DNA from: Tepidisphaera sp.
GTDB lineage: Bacteria > Planctomycetota > Phycisphaerae > Phycisphaerales > UBA1924
Assembly (NCBI GenBank): GCA_050916045.1
Contig: CP051526.1
Location: forward strand, 3,040,001-3,104,000
DNA length: 64,000 nucleotides
Direction of reading: 5' to 3'
Each line of letters starts with the position of its first letter. Positions within the stretch are counted from its first letter, which is position 1. Of the stretch, positions 48,585 through 57,640 are shown piece after piece. The notes beneath the pieces are model-generated. The model worked only from the letters and a program-made list of their open reading frames with translations. It made no database searches and was not told where the DNA came from. The translations under genes and the position numbers were made by a program.

Positions 48585-48827
48585 TTACACCGTCGCGGAG
48601 GTGAACGGGAGCAGAGCCATGAAACGGGCCCGCTTGATCGCCTGGGCGAGCATGCGCTGCTCGGCGGCCGACGCGGAGAGCCGCTTGCGGCCCATGATCT
48701 TGCCGTTGGGGCTCATGAGACGGCGAAGGGTTTCGACGTCCTTCCAATCGACGTACACGGCGCCCTTGGGGGCGACCTTGGTGATGCGGGGCTTGGCGAC
48801 AGGGCCGAATCGGGCAAACTTGCTCAT
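48585..48827 (-). CDS. rpsR: 30S ribosomal protein S18 (Cys-free form)
   Basis: VDWKDVETLRR.MSPNGKI..RK.....A.EQR.LA.AIKRARFMALLPF. Confidence 0.93.
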   Translation of the reverse strand: MSKFARFGPVAKPRITKVAPKGAVYVDWKDVETLRRLMSPNGKIMGRKRLSASAAEQRMLAQAIKRARFMALLPFTSATV

Positions 48828-48978
48828 GGGATCTTCCGCCGGCAAAGCCGGCCTCCGTCTTGGGCTTCGGGCCCGCTCCTGTCCGGTCCATCCGGACGTA
48901 GAGCGGGCGACGGTGCGAGAGGGATGATAGGGAGACCCCGAGCGTGCTTCCAGCCGCCGGCGGGCACGGGCCCAGACC

Positions 48979-49485
48979 TTAGTCCAGCCAACCCTTATCA
49001 TACCCGAACCGGCCGCCGCCCCGCCGCGCGATGATCCAGAAGAGGGACATCAAGACGAGGTTCTCGCCGACCTTACAAAGTCCAACCGCACCTTCGCAGA
49101 TCAGCTTGAATCGGCCGAAGCAGCCGCAGGAGATGTTGAGCCCTCGGATCAGAACCGACGCCACGCCAACGGTGAAGACGACGAGCAGCAGGAATCCGAG
49201 CAGACCCGCGGCCCGCGAAGCGATGCCCAGGATCAGGCAGATCCCCACCACCACCTCGGTCCAAGGGACGGCGAAGGTCACCAGCGGCACCCACGCTTCG
49301 GGAACCAGCTCGAACGACCGCACGGCCTGTGCGAAGAAGTGCATGCCGGGCAGCGGGCCCAGCCCGAGGATGTTCGCCGGGGACAGCTTCATCCACGCGC
49401 TGAACAGGAACATCGCTCCGAGCGCCACGCGGATGACGAGAAGCAGGACGGACTCGGGTTTGGAGGGGTGCAGCGGCTTGAGCAC
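48979..49485 (-). CDS. DoxX/MauE family redox-associated membrane protein
   Basis: RVALG.MFLFS..MK, PWTEVV.G.CL, RGLNISCGCFG. Confidence 0.85.
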   Translation of the reverse strand: MLKPLHPSKPESVLLLVIRVALGAMFLFSAWMKLSPANILGLGPLPGMHFFAQAVRSFELVPEAWVPLVTFAVPWTEVVVGICLILGIASRAAGLLGFLLLVVFTVGVASVLIRGLNISCGCFGRFKLICEGAVGLCKVGENLVLMSLFWIIARRGGGRFGYDKGWLD

Positions 49486-49488
49486 GGG

Positions 49489-50127
49489 TTACTCCGTCGG
49501 AAGCCCGGCGGCTTTCCATTCCTCGACGCTGCTGGTCATGACGAATGCCTGCTTGAAACCGACGGCTTTGAGCGTCTCCTGCAACTGGTCTGCTTCGTGG
49601 CAGTCCTTGCCGTAGCAGTAGACGACGTGCACGGCGTTCTGGTCGGCGTTCTGGAAGAACTCCTTCCACGCTTCGCTGTTGCCCTGAACGTCGACGTTGC
49701 GGAGGTTGATCGCGCCCTGAACGCGTCCGACGGCGTACTCCTCGGGCTTGCGCCCGTCGATGAAGGTCGCGCCGCTCGCGTAAAGCGTGTAGGCCTGAGC
49801 GATTTCGAGCTTCACGGGAAGTTTGGAGACGTCAAGATCGGGGATCAAGGCGACAGGGCCGGCGGGACTGGCTGGATTGGCCGGCGCAGAAGGCTCCCGA
49901 GTGGGCTCCTTGGCGGGCTCTTTCACCGGCTCTTTCACAGGCTCTTTCGCGGGTTCCTTGACGGGGTCCTTGGCCGGATCCTTCGTCGGGTCCTTCGCCG
50001 GCGTTCCGCTTGTCTGAGCGGCGGGCTTGTTCTCGATCGTCGGGGTTGGGCGCAGGGCGCGGTCGGCGAAAGCCAGCCCGAGTCCGATGAGCGCGATCAC
50101 GATCGCTTGTGCGTACACCTTTCCCAC
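49489..50127 (-). CDS. Membrane-anchored rhodanese-like protein
   Basis: FIDGR.PEEY..GRVQGAINL, VVYCYGKDCHEA, EEWKAAGLP; PAKD/PVKE repeat linker. Confidence 0.85.
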   Translation of the reverse strand: MGKVYAQAIVIALIGLGLAFADRALRPTPTIENKPAAQTSGTPAKDPTKDPAKDPVKEPAKEPVKEPVKEPAKEPTREPSAPANPASPAGPVALIPDLDVSKLPVKLEIAQAYTLYASGATFIDGRKPEEYAVGRVQGAINLRNVDVQGNSEAWKEFFQNADQNAVHVVYCYGKDCHEADQLQETLKAVGFKQAFVMTSSVEEWKAAGLPTE

Positions 50128-50136
50128 AGCCGTCTC

Positions 50137-51393
50137 CTATTTGGGCGTATCGCTCTTGGGGGCTTCAGAGCCCGGAGCATTCTGAGGCACGGTTTCCGGG
50201 GCGGTTCCCACACCAGCCCCGGGCGAGCCAGCGGGCTGGATCGGATCACGGACCAGCAGCTTGACGGGCACCTGCACCGCAGGCATGCCCTTGATATCCA
50301 CCGCGACCTGCATGCGTGCTTCGTACACGCCGGGGCGAGCGGGGGCTTTCCCCGTGACGCGAACGATCATCGTCTCGGGCTTGTCGCTGGCCACAGGAGA
50401 CGTTTCAATCTCGAAAGCTCCGCCCTTGGTGCGGGCGTGGCGGATGCCGGCGATCTTGAACGGCTTGCCCTTGGCGTTGGTCAGGCGGATCTCGCCTTGA
50501 AAAGCTTCGCCGACGGCGACGGTGCCGAGGTTGAGTTCGGCCGTCTCGGGGCGGACATCGTTGAGGATCTCGCCGGTGATCGTCGCTTCCCACAAGCCGT
50601 TCTTGATCCGCTTGTCGCTGTGGCGAATCACAACCGAGTGCGAGAACTTGGCCGGGATCGCGTTGTCCTTGGCCGTCACGGTGATCGGCGTGCGGCGGAC
50701 CTTGTCGCCGCGGTGTTCGGCTTCCACCGTCTCGCCGACCTTGACCTCAAAGCCAGACTCGGCGCTGATGGTCGCGAAGGTCGCTTTGAAGTCCGGGCTG
50801 ACGCCGAAGATGTAGAAGGTCAGCGACTTGGCGCTGCCCGCGTCAAAGGTTCCAAGCGACATGCCGTCGGGAGATTCGACGCCCACCGTCGGCTTGACGT
50901 CGGCTTTCACGTCGATGTTGGTGACGGCGGCCGTCGGATCGTTGGTGCGGATGGCGATGTGGATGTTGGTCTCGCCCTGGCGGTTGAGCGGCTCGAACGC
51001 GATGTCGAGCACACCCTCTTCGCCCGGCTCGTACTGCCGCTTATCGCCGCGGAGCTTGGGCCGCACGCACCCGCAGCTTGGCTTGACCTCGGTGATGAGG
51101 AGCCTGGACTTGCCGGTGTTCTTGAACTTGATCTCGCCCTTGAGCGCATCCTGATCGGTGACGACGCCCCAGTCCTGCACCTTGCGTTCGATGTCGAACT
51201 TGGGCTGCTCGCCCGCCGCGGCGACGGGCTGCTTGCCGGTTTCCTCCGAAGTGACCTGAGGATTGGTCGGCTTTGGCGCCGCGGGCGCGCCTCCCGGAAG
51301 CGGCGCAACCTGCGCCACCGCGAAGGGCCCGCACGCGAGCACCGTTCCCGCCACCGCCAGAATCCCGGCACGAATCAACCGACGCTGCATCAT
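50137..51393 (-). CDS. DUF1573 domain protein (Ig-like, SCGC motif)
   Basis: DWG......KFKNTG...L.ITEVKPSCGC...YEPGEEG.L.I.F...I.TNDP; signal peptide; GAGGAG RBS. Confidence 0.85.
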   Translation of the reverse strand: MMQRRLIRAGILAVAGTVLACGPFAVAQVAPLPGGAPAAPKPTNPQVTSEETGKQPVAAAGEQPKFDIERKVQDWGVVTDQDALKGEIKFKNTGKSRLLITEVKPSCGCVRPKLRGDKRQYEPGEEGVLDIAFEPLNRQGETNIHIAIRTNDPTAAVTNIDVKADVKPTVGVESPDGMSLGTFDAGSAKSLTFYIFGVSPDFKATFATISAESGFEVKVGETVEAEHRGDKVRRTPITVTAKDNAIPAKFSHSVVIRHSDKRIKNGLWEATITGEILNDVRPETAELNLGTVAVGEAFQGEIRLTNAKGKPFKIAGIRHARTKGGAFEIETSPVASDKPETMIVRVTGKAPARPGVYEARMQVAVDIKGMPAVQVPVKLLVRDPIQPAGSPGAGVGTAPETVPQNAPGSEAPKSDTPK

Positions 51394-51457
51394 CGAAAGC
51401 ACTCCTCTGGACCGCTCAACGAGTTCCCGACACCGCACAAGGATCCAAGCCGCCGAC

Positions 51458-52744
51458 TCACTTGGGCGTGGAGCTCAAGGACCCGCCGGGACCCGCGCCG
51501 GGAACGCCACCCGCGGGCGTGCCGGCGGGACGCTTGACCGGCTGTTCCTTGGTCGGAGCCGCGCCGGGAACCAGGCTCGGGTTCTTCGGCTGACCGCCGG
51601 GCGAGCCGGCCGCGTTGGGGCGGACAGTCATCATCACGCGGACGCGGACGGCTTCCTCGCCGGGGACGTCGGTGATGAGGACGAGTTCGCCGGTGTACCG
51701 GTAGCCGGGCTGATTCGGGGCTTTGCCCGCGAGCTTGATCGTCTGCGTGTCGCCGTTCTCGTTGCGGCTGGTCGTCACGGCGATCTCGGGCTTGGTCGGA
51801 TCATTCGGGTTCATCGAGCGAAGCTCGGTGCCCTTGAGAAGCCAAGGCTTGCCATCCTTCCGCGTCACCTTGATCTCGGTGCCGAAATCGGCGCCCGGAG
51901 CAACCACACCCATCATCGCCTGCTGCGGCGTGATGACCAGATCGCCCTGGACCTCGCCGGAAAGGCCGAGCGGCATGGGCTTGGCTTTCTCATCGTTGGT
52001 CTTGACCTGCATCGTGGCCGACCAGCGGCCGACGGGGGCCCCGGGCTTGATGCTCACCTCGATCTCGGCCTGCGTCAGCATCTCGCCGTTGACCTCGACC
52101 TTCTTCGACCCAAGCACGCGGGCCGTGAAGACCTCGGTCGGGCTGACCGAAACCTCGGAAACCGCAAAGCCATCCTTGCGGCCCGTCACCTTGATCAGCT
52201 TGGTCGCCGTCGTGCCCTTCTGGATCGGCTCGAAAGCTTGGAACGTCGGCTCAAGCTGCACCATCGGCGTGATGTTCGTCTTGAGGTTCAGCACGATCGT
52301 CGGGTTCGCCCGGTCGTTCGTCGTGACCGTCACGGTCTTGGTCTGCAGGCCGGTCTTGTGAGCCGGATCGAACCGGGCTTTGATCACGCCCGACTCGCCC
52401 GCGTTGTACTGCTTGCGCTGACGGTCCCAGTCCGGCGTGGTGCAGCCGCAGCTGGTCTGCACGTTGGTGATGACAAGCGCCCCGCCGCCCGTGTTCGTGA
52501 ATTTGAACTCGGCTTCCACCGGCTGATCGTCGAAGATCTTGCCAAAGTCAAACTCCATCTTCTCGAACTGGATCGTGGGCTCGGCGAAAAGCAAGCCGCC
52601 GTCGGAGTCGCTGGGAACCGGCTGGAGTGCGGGAGCGGGGATCGCGTCCTTGGCAGGAACACCCTTGACCGGCTTGTCTTGGGCGAACGCCGTCCCGCAG
52701 ACCGCCACCATCGCCGCCACCGCCATCACGCGCATCATCTTCAT
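51458..52744 (-). CDS. DUF1573 domain protein (Ig-like, SCGC motif)
   Basis: FDFGKI....F.FTNTG...LVI.NV.TSCGCT...GESG.I...F...KTVTVTTND; signal peptide; GAGGAG RBS. Confidence 0.87.
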   Translation of the reverse strand: MKMMRVMAVAAMVAVCGTAFAQDKPVKGVPAKDAIPAPALQPVPSDSDGGLLFAEPTIQFEKMEFDFGKIFDDQPVEAEFKFTNTGGGALVITNVQTSCGCTTPDWDRQRKQYNAGESGVIKARFDPAHKTGLQTKTVTVTTNDRANPTIVLNLKTNITPMVQLEPTFQAFEPIQKGTTATKLIKVTGRKDGFAVSEVSVSPTEVFTARVLGSKKVEVNGEMLTQAEIEVSIKPGAPVGRWSATMQVKTNDEKAKPMPLGLSGEVQGDLVITPQQAMMGVVAPGADFGTEIKVTRKDGKPWLLKGTELRSMNPNDPTKPEIAVTTSRNENGDTQTIKLAGKAPNQPGYRYTGELVLITDVPGEEAVRVRVMMTVRPNAAGSPGGQPKNPSLVPGAAPTKEQPVKRPAGTPAGGVPGAGPGGSLSSTPK

Positions 52745-53215
52745 GTGCAGACTCCTCTTTCCTGTGCTCTTCGCAAGCGAGCCCTCTCGGGCACGCTCTT
52801 CCTTCTGATTCTCGGCCCCAACGGTACGGCCGCCTCGAGCTTCAACAGCAACTCGGTCGCGACCTCGTTTGGGGCAACACGCCCGACCAAGCCGCCAGAC
52901 CCCTCTCATACGAGGCCCGATCGGTCTTTCGGCTGGAGCCCGGCGCGACTCCGCTCACGAACCACCCGAACCCTGCCGGAACAACCCCTCCCCCCCGCAC
53001 CCGCCGCAGGATCGGGACATGTTCAGGTCCCGAAAGCCCGATCGCCGGTTCCGCTCTCGACCCACGGCTCGCTCTCGGCGGATCGCCCGCCCAATCCCCG
53101 TCGTGCGACCATCCACCACCCTCCCGAGGCAAGGTGGTGGCTTCCGCGGCTTCGTGTAGACTCCCCCCGGAGAGTTCACGCTGATGTGGGCCGAGAATCG
53201 AAGGAGAAAGCCCGG

Positions 53216-55036
53216 ATGAAGAAGCTCTTTGGCGCGGCGTGGCTTGTCGGCTTTGCGGTGTTGGGTGCGCCGGTCCCCGGCCTCGAACCGCCGGACCAAT
53301 CGGCGGAACTCGCCAAGTGGGCCGGGACGCGCGATCAGCGGATGGGGTGGTGGCGCGAAGCACGGTTCGGGATGTTCATCCACTGGGGGCTGTACTCGGG
53401 CGCAGGCGGAGCCTGGGACGGCAAGGTGTATCCGCAGCACTACGCGGAGTGGATCCAGCACTGGGCGGCGGTGCCGTGCGCCGAGTACGCCAGACAGATG
53501 AAGCCGCTCTTCGCCCCTGAGCCGGGTGTCACCGAGACCTGGGCGGACCTCGCAAAGCAAGCCGGGATGCGTTACGCGGTGATGACGTCCAAGCACCACG
53601 ACGGCTTCACGCTCTTCAACTCGCGTGATCCCTACTCGCAGAAGAACGACATCGCGGGCGGAACGAACATCTCGCCCGCGGGGCGTGACCTGGCGAAGGA
53701 GTTCGCGGACTCGATGCGATCGCGCGGGCTCCAGGCGGGGTTCTACTACTCGCTTCTGGATTGGCAGCACCCCGACGCGTACGAAATGGCTCTCCCCGCG
53801 TACCCCAAGCCCACGCGCCAGAGGAACCACGCGGAGTACATCAACTACGTGCGAGGCCACGTGGGCGAGCTTCTGACAAACTACGGGCCGCTGTGCACGA
53901 TCTGGTTTGACTATTCGGATCGCGAGCGTCAGGGGGAGAAATGGGGCGCGGCCCAGGTCATGGCCGACCTGCGTCAGAAACAGCCGGGGATCGTCGTGAA
54001 CAACAGATTGTTCGAGGGGCTCGAGAATAAGAACGGGGACTACGGAACCCCCGAGAAGTATGTGCCGCCCACGGGCCTCCCGGGCATGGACTGGGAGGTG
54101 AACCACACGCTAAACGAGTCGTACGGCTTCAGTGCGCACGACACGGGATGGAAGGACACGACGACGGTGGTGCGGCTTTTGAGCGACATCGTCTCAAAGG
54201 GCGGGAATCTGCTCCTCAACATCGGGCCCGACGCTCGCGGCCACGTGCCCGAGAAAGCGCAGGCGACGCTGAAGGGCGTGGGCGCGTGGATGAAGGTCAA
54301 CTCTGAGGCGATCTACGGCACCACGGCCAGCCCGTTTGCGCGGCTGCCCTGGGGACGCGCGACGCAGAAGCCCGGGGTGCTCTATCTGATGGTGTTCGAT
54401 TGGCCGGCCGACGGTCGGTTGATGGTGCCGATGCAGGGCAAGGTCAAGAGCGCGCGGCTGCTCGGCGGGGGGGAGGTCACCGCCGGGCCCTCCGAGACCG
54501 AGAGCGGGCGTCTCGTCGTCAGCCTTCCAACCCGGCCGGTCGATGAAGCCTGTTCGGTGGTGAAGCTGGAACTTGCGAGCGGCGTGGAGCCGATGGCGTA
54601 CCTGGTGTTTCCGAGCGCGGACGGCGTGCTCACGCTGACGCCGCACGACGCGACACTCGAGGGCCCGTCGCTTCGGGTCGAAAAAGTCGGCGACGTGGGC
54701 GACGTGAAATACAACGTGGGCTACTGGCTTGATCCCGCCGCGACGGCGACATGGCCGATCGGGATCGGATTCGGGCAGCGCGGCGAGTTCATCGTGGAAG
54801 CGGACCTCGGCTGCGCCGATGCGGCGGCCGGGGCGAAGATGAAGCTCGAGTTCGAGGGCGGTTCCGCGAACCTGGACTTCACCGTGCCGGCCACGGGCGG
54901 ATGGCAGAAGTACCGCACGGTCCAACTCGGAGCCGTGACGCTCCCTGAGGGATCGCACCGCGCGGTCCTTCGCGCCCTCAACAAGCCCGGCGAAGCCGTG
55001 GTCAACGTGCGCGAGATCCGGCTGAGGAAGCGGTAA
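53216..55036 (+). CDS. Alpha-L-fucosidase (GH29) with C-terminal carbohydrate-binding module
   Basis: WWREARFGMFIHWGLYS, AEWI, SKHHDGF, GFYYS.LDW, IWFD, NNR, VSKGGNLLLNIGP; CBM-like tail TGGWQKY. Confidence 0.92.
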   Translation: MKKLFGAAWLVGFAVLGAPVPGLEPPDQSAELAKWAGTRDQRMGWWREARFGMFIHWGLYSGAGGAWDGKVYPQHYAEWIQHWAAVPCAEYARQMKPLFAPEPGVTETWADLAKQAGMRYAVMTSKHHDGFTLFNSRDPYSQKNDIAGGTNISPAGRDLAKEFADSMRSRGLQAGFYYSLLDWQHPDAYEMALPAYPKPTRQRNHAEYINYVRGHVGELLTNYGPLCTIWFDYSDRERQGEKWGAAQVMADLRQKQPGIVVNNRLFEGLENKNGDYGTPEKYVPPTGLPGMDWEVNHTLNESYGFSAHDTGWKDTTTVVRLLSDIVSKGGNLLLNIGPDARGHVPEKAQATLKGVGAWMKVNSEAIYGTTASPFARLPWGRATQKPGVLYLMVFDWPADGRLMVPMQGKVKSARLLGGGEVTAGPSETESGRLVVSLPTRPVDEACSVVKLELASGVEPMAYLVFPSADGVLTLTPHDATLEGPSLRVEKVGDVGDVKYNVGYWLDPAATATWPIGIGFGQRGEFIVEADLGCADAAAGAKMKLEFEGGSANLDFTVPATGGWQKYRTVQLGAVTLPEGSHRAVLRALNKPGEAVVNVREIRLRKR

Positions 55037-55352
55037 CGGATCGCGGAAAGTCGCCGACTCTCGCTCGTTCGAACACGACGGGGCGACAACGCCGGGTCCG
55101 CCGACCCCTTCCTGATTCCCCGGCCGGACGACACAAACGGCCACCCCGCTCGCGGGATGGCCGTGGGTTACCCCCTCGCTCACGTCGATCGTGTGCGAAG
55201 CTGCGTCCGGGACGCTTGCAACGTCGTTGGGCCGCATGCTCAAATGGTCGCGACGGGCGGCGGGGGGCGAAATTTCAGGAGCGGCGGATGGCGCGTCAAG
55301 ATCGCGGGGCCGGAAGAACGAAGGTCGCCGAACCTTCGCACAGGCCCCTCGG

Positions 55353-55721
55353 TCAGGCCCCCACGCGGAGCCCGATCGCCGAAGCGGCGTCGGGCTTGAT
55401 CTCAACGCGAGCGGGATCGACATGCGCGGCCGCGGCGGCGCGACGGCGCATGTGCGAGAGGGCGTAGACCGCCGCTTCCGCTTGCGTTCGACCGACGACC
55501 GCGCCCGAAGGAGTGCCGATGGCATCCTTCCATTCCGCGCGGAAGCAGTCAAAGAGTTGGATGTGCCGAACGTTCAGGTCAAACCCGCTTGACTTGAACT
55601 CCGACGTGACCCGCGTAACGCCCGGGTACCAGCGGCCATCGGTGTGACGCAGACAGCCCGAGCTATCGAGGGCCGTCCAACCCGTGGCGTAAAGCTCATC
55701 GATCGCGAAATCGAGACCCAT
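55353..55721 (-). CDS. Hypothetical protein
   Basis: AAGGAGG RBS before ATG 55721; globular-looking sequence MGLDFAIDELYATGW...EAAVYAL. Confidence 0.65.
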   Translation of the reverse strand: MGLDFAIDELYATGWTALDSSGCLRHTDGRWYPGVTRVTSEFKSSGFDLNVRHIQLFDCFRAEWKDAIGTPSGAVVGRTQAEAAVYALSHMRRRAAAAAHVDPARVEIKPDAASAIGLRVGA

Positions 55722-56092
55722 CGGCGACCTCCTTTGGTTGTCGCCCACCGTCGCGAAATCTCAGCCGGAGCCGGACCGTCCGTCCCGGCCTCTCAGCCGC
55801 TCGTCGCACAACCGAGCGGGTCCTTCTCCACCTTCAGTCTACCAAGTCCCGCCCGCGCTGCTACCCCTTTTCCACAGAATTTGAACGTTTCACCCGGATT
55901 CTGCGCCCACGCGACGCGCCCGCTCGTCCCGGATCCGCCGATCATGTACGGAATGCGAACACGCCGGTCGTTTTCGCGCGACCCGGACCCTCCGAACCCC
56001 CGCGCGGGCCTCCGACCAAGGCTAAACTCCCCCCCACACGCCCAACCGGTCGCGGCAGTCGGCGCGACCGGAAGCGATTTTCGGGGCTCTGC

Positions 56093-56554
56093 ATGAAGTT
56101 GCTGGACATTCTCTCGCCTGAGTGCGTCAAGGTGCCCCTGGCATCAAGCGACAAACAGGGCGTGATCAACGAACTCGTGGATCTGCTCGCGCAGGCCGGC
56201 AAGGTCAAGGACGCCAAAGCCCTCAAGGACGCCGTCTGGACCCGCGAGTGCACCCGCACCACCGGCATCGGACACGGCCTGGCCATCCCCCACGGCAAGT
56301 GCCCCGGCATGTCCGGCATCGCCATGGCCATCGGCAAGCCCTCGGCCCCGATGGATTTCGAAGCCATCGACGGCCAGCCCGTCCGCCTCATCGTCCTCCT
56401 CGCAAGCCCACCCGACAAGACCAGCGACCACATCCAGGCCCTCGCCCAGGTCAGCCGCCTGATGATCATGGAATCCTTCCGCGAGAAGATCTACGCCGCG
56501 ACCTCCGCCGCCGAGATCTACGAATTGCTCCGCTCGCAGGAGAAGCCGGCGTGA
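56093..56554 (+). CDS. PTS IIA domain protein (PtsN/fructose type)
   Basis: RE...TTGIG.GLAIPHG (phospho-His), DFEAIDGQPV.LI.LL, HIQALA. Confidence 0.9.
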   Translation: MKLLDILSPECVKVPLASSDKQGVINELVDLLAQAGKVKDAKALKDAVWTRECTRTTGIGHGLAIPHGKCPGMSGIAMAIGKPSAPMDFEAIDGQPVRLIVLLASPPDKTSDHIQALAQVSRLMIMESFREKIYAATSAAEIYELLRSQEKPA

Positions 56555-57474
56555 ACCAGGCCGGGGCGGCCCAGCCGGACGCGGAATCGCGCCTGTTCGC
56601 GCCCAAGCCCGCGATCGAGCACGCTCTCGACCAGTTCGTCGGTGAGCTCCACCTTCCCGTCAATCTCGTCGATGCCATCGAATACGCCCTCATGGGCGGC
56701 GGCAAACGCCTGCGCCCCGTCCTCGCGTGGTGGTCCGCGTGCGCCGTCGGCGCCCCGGGCGATGCAAGCCTCCCCGCCGCCGTTGCGGTCGAGCTCATCC
56801 ACACCTTCAGCCTCGTCCACGACGATCTGCCCGCGATGGACGATGACGACCTCCGCCGCGGAAGGCCGACGCTCCACAAGCACACGACCGAAGCCATGGC
56901 GATCCTCGCGGGTGATGCCATGCTCTCCCTCGCGTACACGCACCTCGCGGAACAGTCGCGGCTGATCGGCGGCGAATTGGCTTCGGCGCTGGTCGTCGAA
57001 CTCGCGGCCGGGACCAACGGGATGATCGCGGGTCAGGTCTATGACACGCTCGGGTGCTTCGAGCCCTCGATGAGCGCCCGCGACCGCCTCGACCAGATCC
57101 ACCTCAACAAGACCGGCGCCCTCATCGCCGCTTCGTGCCGCATGGGAGCGATGCTCGGCCTGGCCCGCAAGCGGCCGGGCGTGGCGCAAGAGCCGCCCGC
57201 CGCGATCACGAACTACGCCCGCGACATCGGCCTGATGTTCCAAGCGGTGGACGACCTCATCGACGTGACGCAGCCGACCGACCACGCCGGCAAACGCACC
57301 GGCAAAGACGCTTCGGCGGGCAAGCTGACCTTCCCCGTCGTCCTGGGGGTCGAAGCGACCAAAGCCGAAGTCGAGCGCCTCCGAAACTCGGCCCGCGAGT
57401 GCCTCAAGCCCCTCGGCGATGCCGCCGCCCCCCTGGCCGAACTGGCCGACCTCCTCGCCGCCCGGAGCCGCTGA
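56551..57474 (+). CDS. ispA: Polyprenyl (farnesyl/geranylgeranyl) diphosphate synthase
   Basis: GGKRLRP, SLVHDDLPAMDDDDLRRGRPT, AILAGD, GQ..D, KT, FQ.VDDL.D, GKD; GTGA overlap with the PTS IIA gene. Confidence 0.92.
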   Translation: MNQAGAAQPDAESRLFAPKPAIEHALDQFVGELHLPVNLVDAIEYALMGGGKRLRPVLAWWSACAVGAPGDASLPAAVAVELIHTFSLVHDDLPAMDDDDLRRGRPTLHKHTTEAMAILAGDAMLSLAYTHLAEQSRLIGGELASALVVELAAGTNGMIAGQVYDTLGCFEPSMSARDRLDQIHLNKTGALIAASCRMGAMLGLARKRPGVAQEPPAAITNYARDIGLMFQAVDDLIDVTQPTDHAGKRTGKDASAGKLTFPVVLGVEATKAEVERLRNSARECLKPLGDAAAPLAELADLLAARSR

Positions 57475-57640
57475 AACCGCTTGCGACGCGGCCGTCAGAC
57501 CCGCCGAAACGGACCTCAGCCGGGCGAATCCGCCGCGAGATTCGGACCTCCCGGAGCCCTTCGCGTCCCACAACCGCGTTCTAGAATAAAGCAGGGTGCC
57601 CGGGCCGACCCTGGCCCGTGTTCATGACGTAAGGAACTCG

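Noticed and set aside
49900..50000. 12-bp tandem repeat
   Set aside because: It encodes the PAKD/PVKE linker of the rhodanese protein, which is ordinary coding low complexity.
53010..53050. SRP RNA-like motif (tcaggtcccgaaag)
   Set aside because: It lacks the downstream AGCAG of helix 8 and a long enclosing stem.
51263..53215. N-terminal half of the 1257-aa ORF
   Set aside because: It is antisense to the DUF1573 genes. The fucosidase starts at 53216 after an AAGGAG RBS.
55165..55225. c-di-GMP-I riboswitch resemblance (GGACGCA...GGGGTAACC on the minus strand)
   Set aside because: It lacks the GCAAA/GNRA P2 features and has no downstream co-oriented gene. It is kept only as a generic sRNA candidate.
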